NCBI GenBank assembly: GCA_031285815.1
Contig: JAITVM010000075.1
Coordinates: forward strand, 1-32,112
Direction of reading: 5' to 3'
DNA: 32,112 bases
DNA from: Clostridiales bacterium
Lineage (GTDB): Bacteria; Bacillota; Clostridia; Lachnospirales; JAITVM01
In this document: in pieces, positions 16,392 to 24,550 of the stretch
Numbering within the stretch: position 1 is the first letter of the stretch
How the letters are laid out: every line of letters starts with the position of its first letter
Notes under the pieces: model-generated
Seen by the model: only the letters and a program-made list of their open reading frames with translations
The model's database searches: none
Told to the model about the DNA's origin: nothing
Position numbers and translations under genes: made by a program

Positions 16392-17783
16392 TTAACGGAT
16401 GCAAAAGCTATCCGCCATGACACATTGCCTACGTTTTGTAAAGGTGCTTGCCTTTGTTAAGCCTTCGCCTGTCCTGCTGGCTATTGTGAAGGTACAAAAG
16501 CCTTCGCCGCCGAAACCTATTGCCGCATATGATGGCGCGTTTTTTACAAGTATCGCTGTGTCAATTTCTTTTGCGTATCTGGTAATATTGTCAATGTTTT
16601 TTGAATGTATATGTGCTGAGTGGCGGTTCCCATGTTCTAACCAGATTGCTTTTTCTAAAGCATCTTCAAAATCTTCCGCCCTGACAAGGCCCAAAATAGG
16701 CATCATTAATTCTTCGGATATAAGCGGGTGCCCTTTTTCCCCTTCAAATATAATACAACGGGCCCCCTCCGGCGCACTGGCCCCAATCATATCAAGAAGT
16801 GCTATAGCACTGCGCCCCACACAAGCGCGGTTTAATGTGCCATTCTTCATCACAAGGGAGGATAGCGCTTTTATTTCTTCGTTTGAAGCTAAATAGCAGC
16901 CCTGCTCTGTTACCATATAATGAATTAATTCATCAATGGCACTGCTTACCACAACTACTTCTTTTTCTGCAATGCAAGGCAGGTTGTTATCAAATGTGCA
17001 GCCGTTTACAATATCGCCTGCGGCTTTCCTTAAATCCGCTGTTTTATCTACCAGTGCGGGGGGGTTGCCTGCGCCTGCGCCTATCCCGCGTTTGCCTGAA
17101 GATAGTACGGCTGTTACTACACCGGGGCCGCCTGTTGCGGATATTAACGGGATATCTGGGTGGTTGAGCATTATATTGCTTGATTCTAAACTTGGGTTTT
17201 TAACAGAGCATACAATATTATCCGGCCCGCCGGCTTCCCGGGATGCTTTGTTAATCATCCGGATAGCAAAAGCAGAGGTTTCCGCGGCAGCCGGGTGGGT
17301 GTTAAATACAACAGTATTCCCGCCGGCTATCATACCGATCGAATTGCAGATAACTGTTTCGCTGGGGTTTGTGCATGGCGTTATCGAGCCGATTACGCCA
17401 AAGGGCCCCATTTCTGTTAATGTAAGGCCTCGGTCCCCAGACCAAGCTATTGTTGTAATGTCCTCGGTGCCGGGGGTTTTTTCCGCAACTAATTTATGTT
17501 TTAGTATTTTATGCCCAATATTGCCCATGCCTGTTTCTTCAACAGCCATTTGTGCAAGGGTTCCCGCGTTTTCTATAGTAAGTTTACGTATATTTGAAAT
17601 AATTTTTTCACGCTGGTCCATTGAAAGCCGCTTAACTATAGCTTGTGCTTTTTTTGCTGATTCGATTGCGTCATTCATATCTGAAAAAATACCTGGGCTT
17701 CCGTTTGTGTTTTGTTGAGGCCCCGGTGCTTGTAAATTTTTTAAAACATTGGCAACTATGCCACGAATTAATTCTTCATCCAA
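16392..17783 (-). CDS. pduP: CoA-acylating aldehyde dehydrogenase (PduP/EutE-like) with N-terminal encapsulation peptide
   Basis: 463 aa with catalytic Cys in NNLPCIAEKE. N-terminal helix EELIRGIVANVLKNLQ followed by a P/G/Q-rich linker. TTG start with SD GAGGGGG; 16-nt overlap with the upstream gene. Confidence 0.9.
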   Translation of the reverse strand: MDEELIRGIVANVLKNLQAPGPQQNTNGSPGIFSDMNDAIESAKKAQAIVKRLSMDQREKIISNIRKLTIENAGTLAQMAVEETGMGNIGHKILKHKLVAEKTPGTEDITTIAWSGDRGLTLTEMGPFGVIGSITPCTNPSETVICNSIGMIAGGNTVVFNTHPAAAETSAFAIRMINKASREAGGPDNIVCSVKNPSLESSNIMLNHPDIPLISATGGPGVVTAVLSSGKRGIGAGAGNPPALVDKTADLRKAAGDIVNGCTFDNNLPCIAEKEVVVVSSAIDELIHYMVTEQGCYLASNEEIKALSSLVMKNGTLNRACVGRSAIALLDMIGASAPEGARCIIFEGEKGHPLISEELMMPILGLVRAEDFEDALEKAIWLEHGNRHSAHIHSKNIDNITRYAKEIDTAILVKNAPSYAAIGFGGEGFCTFTIASRTGEGLTKASTFTKRRQCVMADSFCIR

Positions 17784-18253
17784 GAAAGTACCCCCTCAAT
17801 TATTGAGCTGCCATACACCGCCAAAGCCGTATCCTCTTCAACTGTGCCGCCGCTTACCCCAATGGCGCCGATTATTGTGCCATTTACTATAAGTGGCTCG
17901 CCGCCGCCAAATATTACAACCTTGCCGTTATTTGTATGCTGGATGCCATAAAGCGGCCCGCCTGGCTGGCTTAATTCACCTAATTTTTTTGTCGGCATTT
18001 TAAAACCGGCGGACGTAAAAGTTTTGTTGAGTGCTATATCAAAGCTGCCTATATAAGAGCCGTCCATACAATGTATTGCTACAGGCCTGGCTGAAGCATC
18101 TGAAACGGCTATGGCCACTGAAACCCCCATACGCGTAGCTTCTGATTCTACTTTTTCTATTAAGGCAGCAGCAAGCTTTAAAGTCATTTTATTTCTCAAA
18201 ACTTCGCGTACGGCTGAATCTATAATTTTATTTATATGGTTATCTTCAATCAT
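17768..18253 (-). CDS. DUF336 / GlcG / PduO-C-terminal-like (haem-binding family) protein with N-terminal encapsulation-peptide-like helix
   Basis: The core reads LAAALIEKVESEATRMGVSVAIAVSDASARPVA...GGGEPLIVNGTIIGAIGVSGGTVEEDTALA. The N-terminal helix is INKIIDSAVREVLRNK. Confidence 0.8.
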   Translation of the reverse strand: MIEDNHINKIIDSAVREVLRNKMTLKLAAALIEKVESEATRMGVSVAIAVSDASARPVAIHCMDGSYIGSFDIALNKTFTSAGFKMPTKKLGELSQPGGPLYGIQHTNNGKVVIFGGGEPLIVNGTIIGAIGVSGGTVEEDTALAVYGSSIIEGVLSWMKN

Positions 18254-18267
18254 AAGCAGCCGGCCAA

Positions 18268-19065
18268 TTATAATTTCATCTGTTCGAGGACTTTTTTAGT
18301 TACAGACTCGACAATATATGAAAGGTCATCCCCTTCTTTTGGTTCTGTAGCTTTATTTCCGCAATTATGGCAGTTAAGACCTGTTTTGTTTAGGCACATA
18401 TCAGCAGGGTGCTTTCCGCTTATGCCCATTTTGCGCCTTATTTCATAAAGCTTTTCTACAGTTGCTTTATCAAACTCTTTTGGCCCGCCAAGCATTTTTG
18501 ATTTGTATAGCAATTCTGCATAAAATTCAACAGATTCCATTTTATAATACGCTGATAACAGGTCGCCGCCCCAAGTAAGTGCCCCATGGCTTTCTAAAAG
18601 GACAGCGTCATAATAAGGGAGGTATTTTTCTATATTGTCCGGTATCTCCATAGTTGATGGCGTACCATATTCGGCGATAGGCACACAGCCAAGGGTAATA
18701 ACGGCTTCCGGCATTATAGGCTGTGTAAGCGGTATGCCTGCTATTGCGAAGCTGGTTGCGAAGGAAGGGTGGGCATGTACTACTGCGTTAACATCCGGCC
18801 TTTTTTCGTATACCCTCATGTGCATTTTTATTTCAGAAGAAGGCTTGTAGCCTTTGTTTGCTTGTATAACATTGCCTTTTGCGTCAACCTTGCAAATATA
18901 CTCTGGTGTCATGAAGCCCTTAGAAACACCGGTTGGCGTACACAAAAATTCGTTGCTGCTTATTTTTACGGAGAAATTGCCGTCGTTGGCGGCAACCATG
19001 TTTCGGGCATAAATCCTTTTGCCTATTTCACACATCATTTTTTTTATTTCGTATTCGTTTTGCAT
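18268..19065 (-). CDS. Class II aldolase (fuculose-/rhamnulose-1-phosphate aldolase-like) with Cys-rich linker and C-terminal encapsulation-peptide-like helix
   Basis: Aldolase_II core (GNFSVK, HAHP, ESHGALTWG). The C-terminal extension CLNKTGLNCHNCGN is followed by LSYIVESVTKKVLEQM. Confidence 0.88.
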   Translation of the reverse strand: MQNEYEIKKMMCEIGKRIYARNMVAANDGNFSVKISSNEFLCTPTGVSKGFMTPEYICKVDAKGNVIQANKGYKPSSEIKMHMRVYEKRPDVNAVVHAHPSFATSFAIAGIPLTQPIMPEAVITLGCVPIAEYGTPSTMEIPDNIEKYLPYYDAVLLESHGALTWGGDLLSAYYKMESVEFYAELLYKSKMLGGPKEFDKATVEKLYEIRRKMGISGKHPADMCLNKTGLNCHNCGNKATEPKEGDDLSYIVESVTKKVLEQMKL

Positions 19066-19086
19066 TCTGGTTTTCCCCTTCTTTTA

Positions 19087-19443
19087 TTAAGTATTTGAAA
19101 TGGGGCATACTGAAAACCCCAATTTTTCGCTTAAATAATCTAATATAGCAAGCGTCGCCGCTTCAACTTCTGAAACTGAGCCTGTTATAAAAAGTGACCC
19201 GCTTTGCATGTCAGCAAAGCCGACGCGCACCCCAGAAGCTTTTATTGCGATATCCGCCATGATTATAGATGTTTCTGCCGGGCATATTGTCATTACCCCA
19301 ATTGCCCCGCCTTCTGCCGGTTCAAAGCCTAATATCTCAAACAGGGATTTGTCAGGGTTTGCGATTATATGTGCTAAGGTGATCTGCCTTCCCGGCACAG
19401 ATTCCTGTATTATCCTCTGCTTAAAATTATTTTCCCCATTCAT
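19087..19443 (-). CDS. pduU: Circularly permuted BMC shell protein (PduU/EutS-like)
   Basis: 118 aa: RIIQESVPGRQITLAHIIANPD...GAIGVMTICPAETSIIMADIAIKASGV...ITGSVSEVEAA. Confidence 0.88.
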   Translation of the reverse strand: MNGENNFKQRIIQESVPGRQITLAHIIANPDKSLFEILGFEPAEGGAIGVMTICPAETSIIMADIAIKASGVRVGFADMQSGSLFITGSVSEVEAATLAILDYLSEKLGFSVCPISNT

Positions 19444-19446
19444 AAG

Positions 19447-20244
19447 TTAACCACCTATCTGGCACAAAAGGCCAAATTCTTCTTCAACCAGCGTTTTAAG
19501 GCCTAACATATATTCGTTTGTTGGGGGTATGGCCCCCTCCATTTCATAGGCCCGCCCCAGCCCCTTATACTTATCCTGGCCAAGCCTATGGTAAGGCAGT
19601 AAATATATTTTTTTCACATTAGGGAGTAGGGCCGCAAATTTTGCTATCTCCATAATTTCTTCTTTGGTACTGTTAAAACCGGGTATAACCGGTACCCTGA
19701 TAAAAAGGCCAAACTTATTGTTTTTTGATGACTCTGCTATTTTTCTTGCGTTCTCAAGTATCAGCTGGTTACCCATTCCGGTAAATTCTTTGTGTTTGCC
19801 CCCATCTATATGTTTAATATCCAATAAGTATTGGTCCAAATATGGAAGTATTTCTTCAATCGTTTCGAATGGGGCCCCACCCATACTCTCTATAGCCGTG
19901 GTTAAGCCCAAAGATTTTGCACCTTTAAGCAGCGCCAAAGAAAATTCGGGCTGGCAGAGGCTTTCGCCCCCGGATAATGTTAGCCCGCCGCCAGAGCGCC
20001 TGTAATAAGCCCGGTCCTTAGCAACAACTTCTATGGCCTCCCTGGCGGTTATATCCCTTCCGATAATTTCGCGGCTTCCATTAACGGACATAGTTTCAAT
20101 ATCAAAATTTTGCGACTCCGGGTTACAACACCATTTACAGCGGAGCATACAGCCTTTTAAAAATACAATTGTCCGGATGCCGGCCCCGTCATGTATTGAA
20201 AACCGCTGTATGTCAAATATCCGCCCCTTTGTTTCAAGATACAT
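19447..20244 (-). CDS. Glycyl-radical enzyme activating enzyme (radical SAM), short PflA-like form
   Basis: CMLRCKWC gives the CX3CX2C motif; GGE motif in TLSGGESL. It is 265 aa, with no additional Cys cluster between the SAM cluster and the GGE motif. Confidence 0.92.
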   Translation of the reverse strand: MYLETKGRIFDIQRFSIHDGAGIRTIVFLKGCMLRCKWCCNPESQNFDIETMSVNGSREIIGRDITAREAIEVVAKDRAYYRRSGGGLTLSGGESLCQPEFSLALLKGAKSLGLTTAIESMGGAPFETIEEILPYLDQYLLDIKHIDGGKHKEFTGMGNQLILENARKIAESSKNNKFGLFIRVPVIPGFNSTKEEIMEIAKFAALLPNVKKIYLLPYHRLGQDKYKGLGRAYEMEGAIPPTNEYMLGLKTLVEEEFGLLCQIGG

Positions 20245-20300
20245 AAAACACCCCTAGCATAATATAAATAAACCTGGCTAATCCGGTTTAGGCTTAAAGA

Positions 20301-22820
20301 TTATATACCTTGTTCTGTCCGGCTAATAATGTCATCCTGCAAGGGCCTGGATAAGGTTGTAAACAATGCACTGTAGCCGGCAACACGTACAATCAGATGT
20401 TTATAATTTTCCGGATGTTGCTGGGCGTCCAGCAATGTGGCCCTATCAACTACATTAAATTGCAGATGGCTGCCCTTTTGGTCAAAATATGACCGGATAA
20501 AAGCCACAAAATTATTTAGGCCTTCCTCGCCGGTTAAAGCGCTTGGATGAAATTTCATGTTAAACAAGGTACCGTTTGAAGCTATCCCGTGGTCCAGGCG
20601 GGCTACGGAATTAGCAGAGGCTGTTGGGCCGTTAACATCTTTTCCTGCAGAGGGTGAAACCCCATCTGCAATTGGTGTGCCGGCCAAGCGGCCGTCTGGC
20701 GTCGCGCCTGTTTGGGCCCCTAATGGCACATTAGCCGAAACTGGGTACAAGCCGGCTTGAAAAATACCGCCCCTAGGGTTTTTATAATGCTCCAAAGGTT
20801 TTGTGTAGGTGTAGGCGGCATCCCTTGCTAAAAAATCTACATCTGCTATATCATTCCCATACTTAGGGAGTTCATCAATCCATGTCAATAATGTTTCATA
20901 TTTTTCATTTATTTCTTTTAACCCGCCTGAATTAATAATACTGGCTACGAGCCCTGAAATATTTTTTTCAGAAAACTCTTGCCCTGAATTTTTAACCGTA
21001 TGGGCAACTTCAGCAATTATGGCAGGTATTGCCTGGCCGTATAAATCTTTGCCGTAATTAAGCCCTAAAGCCTGTTTAAATTCTGCCAGGGTGATTTTTT
21101 TATCCTCATATACCAATTTTTTTATTGCATACAAGGAATCCGCCACATTGGCTACCCCAAAGCCCTGAGGCCCTGAAAAGTTATAAAGGGCGCCGCCTTC
21201 TTGTACACTTTTGCCCCTTTTAATGCAATCATTAACCATAGAAGACAAGAATGGCAGCGGGCACCTATCGCAATGTGCGGTATCTATAGAGTTAATGGCA
21301 TTTACTAATAACGAAATATTATAAGACATCTGGCTCTTATAAGCATTATAAAATTTTTCGAATGTATCAAATGATTCTACCCCACCGGTTTCAATGCTTA
21401 TTAGCTCGCCCTTATCGGAGCCGTTAGAAAAAACTAACTCTAAAGGCCGGCACATATTAAAGAACGCAGCGTCATGCCACCCGTCAGTTTTTCCGGCTTT
21501 TTGCGGCTCAACACAGCCGATGATATTATAGGTACGGGCATCCTTAAGTGTTAAGCCCCTATTCATAAGGGACGGGATAATAACCTCGTCATTATAATAA
21601 GCTGGCAAACCAATGCCTGTCCTTGTTAGCTCAGCCGCTTTTACTAGCAGCTCATGGGGGGAGCCATTCCAAACGCGGACTGATAATGACGGCTGAGGCA
21701 AAAATACATGTATAGAGGCTTCAATACACATAAATGATAAATCATTTGTAACGTCAAGCCCATCTTCGTCTTGCCCGCCGACAATTAAATTTTGAAACAA
21801 GCTATAGCCCGCAAAACCCTCAGCACTGGCCGCATCGCGGCATTTATTAAGGTCGTTTAATTTTATCCAGATACAATCAATTAATTCTTGTGCAAACTCT
21901 TTCGTAATAGCCCCTTTATCTATGTCTGATTTGTAATAAGGGTACATATATTGGTCAAAGCGGCCTGGTGAAATTGAATGGCCGCTGGATTCTAGCTGTA
22001 TAAGTTGATGGGTAAACCAAAAACATTGGCATGCCCCGTAAAAATTTGTTACACCATTAGCCAGTGAATTTTTACAAACCTCAGAAATTTTTATTAGCTC
22101 TGCTTCCCTAGGCGTGCCTTTGTAGCTACCTGCCATTTCCGCGGCTAATTCAGAATAGCGCAAAGCATAGTTAATAGCCGATTCGCAGGATATAATAACG
22201 CTTTTTAAAAAAGAATGCCTTTTGGCATAATCCATATCACCAACATTAAGTACTGCGATTTCTTTTTGGGCTTCTTCAATTATGCCGTTAAAACCTATTT
22301 CCAATATTTTTTCGTATTCTACAGTTATATGGCCAATGCCGTTATAATAATAATTTCCTGGTGTAAAAATATTATGCGCCATTGCCTTCTTTGCTTCTGG
22401 CGACATATATGCTTCTGCCAGTTCGCTGGTTGTTTTGCCCTTCCAATAGGTGTTTGCTGATTTTAAATCCAGCTTTGTTTGGCCAGAAATATAAAAAGGG
22501 TCGGCTTTCCTGTGCTCTACGGTATCAAACTCTTCCTCGAGCCATTCAAATGAATACTCGGGGTAGGTTTGGCACCCCCTAGGCGCAATGGTTGAGCTTC
22601 CGACTATCAATTCACCATCACGGATAATAATAGGTATATTAGATAAAATATGAGAGAAGGCTTCTGCCCTCCTAATTATTAAAGGCTGCCCTTCTGTCTT
22701 TTTATAAGATTCAGTGATAAGCAGCGCCCTTGCCGGTTCTATTTCCGGCATATTTTTATACAAATCTTCGGTTAGCCTAGTAACCCTTTCCGGCTTCTCA
22801 ATAGAATATTTTTTTTCCAT
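20301..22820 (-). CDS. Glycyl radical enzyme of the diol-dehydratase type (predicted B12-independent 1,2-propanediol dehydratase)
   Basis: 839 aa. Glycyl radical motif RVAGYS (Gly815), thiyl loop GCVEP (Cys436, Glu438), His164 in GIGH, and Asp450. Confidence 0.9.
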   Translation of the reverse strand: MEKKYSIEKPERVTRLTEDLYKNMPEIEPARALLITESYKKTEGQPLIIRRAEAFSHILSNIPIIIRDGELIVGSSTIAPRGCQTYPEYSFEWLEEEFDTVEHRKADPFYISGQTKLDLKSANTYWKGKTTSELAEAYMSPEAKKAMAHNIFTPGNYYYNGIGHITVEYEKILEIGFNGIIEEAQKEIAVLNVGDMDYAKRHSFLKSVIISCESAINYALRYSELAAEMAGSYKGTPREAELIKISEVCKNSLANGVTNFYGACQCFWFTHQLIQLESSGHSISPGRFDQYMYPYYKSDIDKGAITKEFAQELIDCIWIKLNDLNKCRDAASAEGFAGYSLFQNLIVGGQDEDGLDVTNDLSFMCIEASIHVFLPQPSLSVRVWNGSPHELLVKAAELTRTGIGLPAYYNDEVIIPSLMNRGLTLKDARTYNIIGCVEPQKAGKTDGWHDAAFFNMCRPLELVFSNGSDKGELISIETGGVESFDTFEKFYNAYKSQMSYNISLLVNAINSIDTAHCDRCPLPFLSSMVNDCIKRGKSVQEGGALYNFSGPQGFGVANVADSLYAIKKLVYEDKKITLAEFKQALGLNYGKDLYGQAIPAIIAEVAHTVKNSGQEFSEKNISGLVASIINSGGLKEINEKYETLLTWIDELPKYGNDIADVDFLARDAAYTYTKPLEHYKNPRGGIFQAGLYPVSANVPLGAQTGATPDGRLAGTPIADGVSPSAGKDVNGPTASANSVARLDHGIASNGTLFNMKFHPSALTGEEGLNNFVAFIRSYFDQKGSHLQFNVVDRATLLDAQQHPENYKHLIVRVAGYSALFTTLSRPLQDDIISRTEQGI

Positions 22821-22871
22821 AACCCGCCTGGCTTTCTAATATAAATTAACAATATGGATACTATTTTTCGT

Positions 22872-22889
22872 AAAAACAACACAATACAA
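22872..22889. promoter_or_regulatory. Downstream arm of an 18-bp perfect inverted repeat (candidate operator, in the 5' UTR of the BMC operon)
   Basis: aaaaacaacacaatacaa is the exact reverse complement of 22954-22971. Confidence 0.6.
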
Positions 22890-22913
22890 CAACAATGATA
22901 TTATTCAATATCA

Positions 22914-22942
22914 ATTATATACTTGTTTTTGTTTGTTGTCAA
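22914..22942 (-). promoter_or_regulatory. Consensus sigma-A promoter of the BMC operon
   Basis: On the minus strand: TTGACA (22942-22937), exactly 17 nt, TATAAT (22919-22914). It lies about 95 nt upstream of the GRE ATG. Confidence 0.8.
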
Positions 22943-22953
22943 TTGGAACAACT

Positions 22954-22971
22954 TTGTATTGTGTTGTTTTT
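22954..22971. promoter_or_regulatory. Upstream arm of the 18-bp perfect inverted repeat (candidate operator, 11 nt upstream of the -35)
   Basis: ttgtattgtgttgttttt is the exact reverse complement of 22872-22889. Confidence 0.6.
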
Positions 22972-23123
22972 GTTGGTTTTGGTATGGAGATTTTTGGATG
23001 GGCTTGAGGTTTTATTTAAATAAAAAAAGTGCAACCTTTGGGTTATGAATGCGTATACTTATTGAACAAGGCGTATCAGAAAATTAACCGCATAACTAAT
23101 ATAATTTTGAAAGGGTTGAAACC

Positions 23124-23594
23124 TTGAAAACATTAATAATTTACGCATCAAAATATGGTGCGACAGCGGAAATAGCAAAACGTATTGGGGATAAAATAAA
23201 TGGGTCTTCCCTATATGACATTAAGGGGGGCAATTGCCCGCCTTTAGATGGGTTTGATAACATAATCATTGGCAGCCCGCTTTATGTTGGCAATGTACGT
23301 AAGGAGATAAAAGAATTTATAGCTAAAAACGAAAGTATCTTAAAAGGGAAAAAATTTGCTTTATTTTTAAGCGGATGTGAACCCAATAAGGGGGCGGAGT
23401 ATTTTAAAAATAATTTCCCTGAAGGGGTTTTACAGGCAGCTAAAGCTGCGGTTTTTGTTGGCGGGTTATATGACCCTAAAAAATCAGGGTTTTTAGATAA
23501 GCTTCTGCTTAAAATAGCAGCTAAGAAATCGGATTATTTTGAAAATATTGATGGCTCAAAGATTGACAAATTAGTTGAAGCAATGGGTTCGTGA
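23124..23594 (+). CDS. Flavodoxin-domain protein (156 aa)
   Basis: N-terminus MKTLIIYASKYGATAEIAKRIG, followed by IIGSPLYVG. TTG start with AAAGGG 8 nt upstream. Divergent from the BMC operon. Confidence 0.8.
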   Translation: MKTLIIYASKYGATAEIAKRIGDKINGSSLYDIKGGNCPPLDGFDNIIIGSPLYVGNVRKEIKEFIAKNESILKGKKFALFLSGCEPNKGAEYFKNNFPEGVLQAAKAAVFVGGLYDPKKSGFLDKLLLKIAAKKSDYFENIDGSKIDKLVEAMGS

Positions 23595-23627
23595 GAAAAA
23601 GCCAGCAATTTTTACAGAGGTGGCAAG

Positions 23628-24443
23628 GTGTTTAAAATTGGCGAGTTTTCTAAATTAACACAAGTTTCGGTAAGGATGTTAAGGTATTATGATGAAATTG
23701 GGCTGGTTAAACCAGCAGCGGTAGATAATTTTACAAATTATAGGCTGTATTCAGCCAGCCAAATTACTGTATTAGGCAAGATTAAATTCTTGCGGGATTT
23801 AGGTTTTAATACAAGTGAAATTTCGGCAGCGTTAACTGAATGGGGAAGCTCAAATATTACGGGCATACTTAATAAAAAGCAAACTGAAATCCAACAAGCT
23901 ATAAAAGTGGAACAGGATAAGCTTGCTAAAATAGAATTGGCAAAGAAGGATATATTGAACGGCCAAATAAATATAAACTATAATGTCTCTATAAAACCAA
24001 CCCCCAGTTATAATGTGATTTCGTTAAGGAAAGTTATGCCGGATTATTTTACTGAAGGCTTGTTATGGGAAGAGCTGTCTAGCTTTGTCCATATCAATAA
24101 AATAGATGTAACGAATAATAATTTTGCCATATATCATGATTTGGATTATAGGGAAAAAGATGTAGATATTGAAATATGCGCTGAAGTATTACAAATGGGT
24201 GAAGGTAAAGGGGGGTTTGCTTACCGGGCAACCGAACCACAATTAAACATGGCATATACTATGGTATATGGCCCATTTGAAAATATTTCTGGGGCATTTT
24301 ATTCGTTTGCTAATTGGCTAAGTGGGCATAGCCAATATAAAATGTCAGGGCCGAATAGGCAAATTGTACACCGTGGCCCATGGAATGAAAATAACCCTTT
24401 CAATTATTTAACTGAAATACAAATCCCCCTGGAGAAAATATAA
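23628..24443 (+). CDS. MerR-family regulator with GyrI-like (BmrR-type) effector-binding domain
   Basis: N-terminal HTH FKIGEFSKLTQVSVRMLRYYDEIGL, a coiled-coil linker, and a C-terminal domain of about 150 aa. GTG start with SD AGAGGTGG. Confidence 0.85.
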   Translation: MFKIGEFSKLTQVSVRMLRYYDEIGLVKPAAVDNFTNYRLYSASQITVLGKIKFLRDLGFNTSEISAALTEWGSSNITGILNKKQTEIQQAIKVEQDKLAKIELAKKDILNGQININYNVSIKPTPSYNVISLRKVMPDYFTEGLLWEELSSFVHINKIDVTNNNFAIYHDLDYREKDVDIEICAEVLQMGEGKGGFAYRATEPQLNMAYTMVYGPFENISGAFYSFANWLSGHSQYKMSGPNRQIVHRGPWNENNPFNYLTEIQIPLEKI

Positions 24444-24550
24444 TTTATATTAAGCCCTGTATACCACGGTTTTATAGAAGGCGCTTTTTTGCTGTGGCTT
24501 AAGCCAGTTGGCATGAAGCGGGTTTCTCTGATAAGGGGGATGGGCAATAT

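Noticed and set aside
16936-17718. 260-aa plus-strand ORF antisense to the aldehyde dehydrogenase gene (and similar antisense ORFs at 16399-16896 and 16835-17167)
   Set aside because: The protein is low-complexity and Ser/Pro/Ala-rich, with no SD. It is fully embedded opposite a gene with strong family signatures, a typical shadow ORF.
20301-22820. GRE as choline TMA-lyase (CutC) or pyruvate formate-lyase
   Set aside because: His rather than Asp at the substrate-polar position, and no Cys-Cys pair. The co-encoded class II aldolase and DeoR regulator fit the deoxyhexose/propanediol type.
10908-22820. Classical B12-dependent Pdu or Eut microcompartment
   Set aside because: None of PduCDE, EutBC, a reactivase or an adenosyltransferase is present. 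The signature enzyme is a GRE with its activase.
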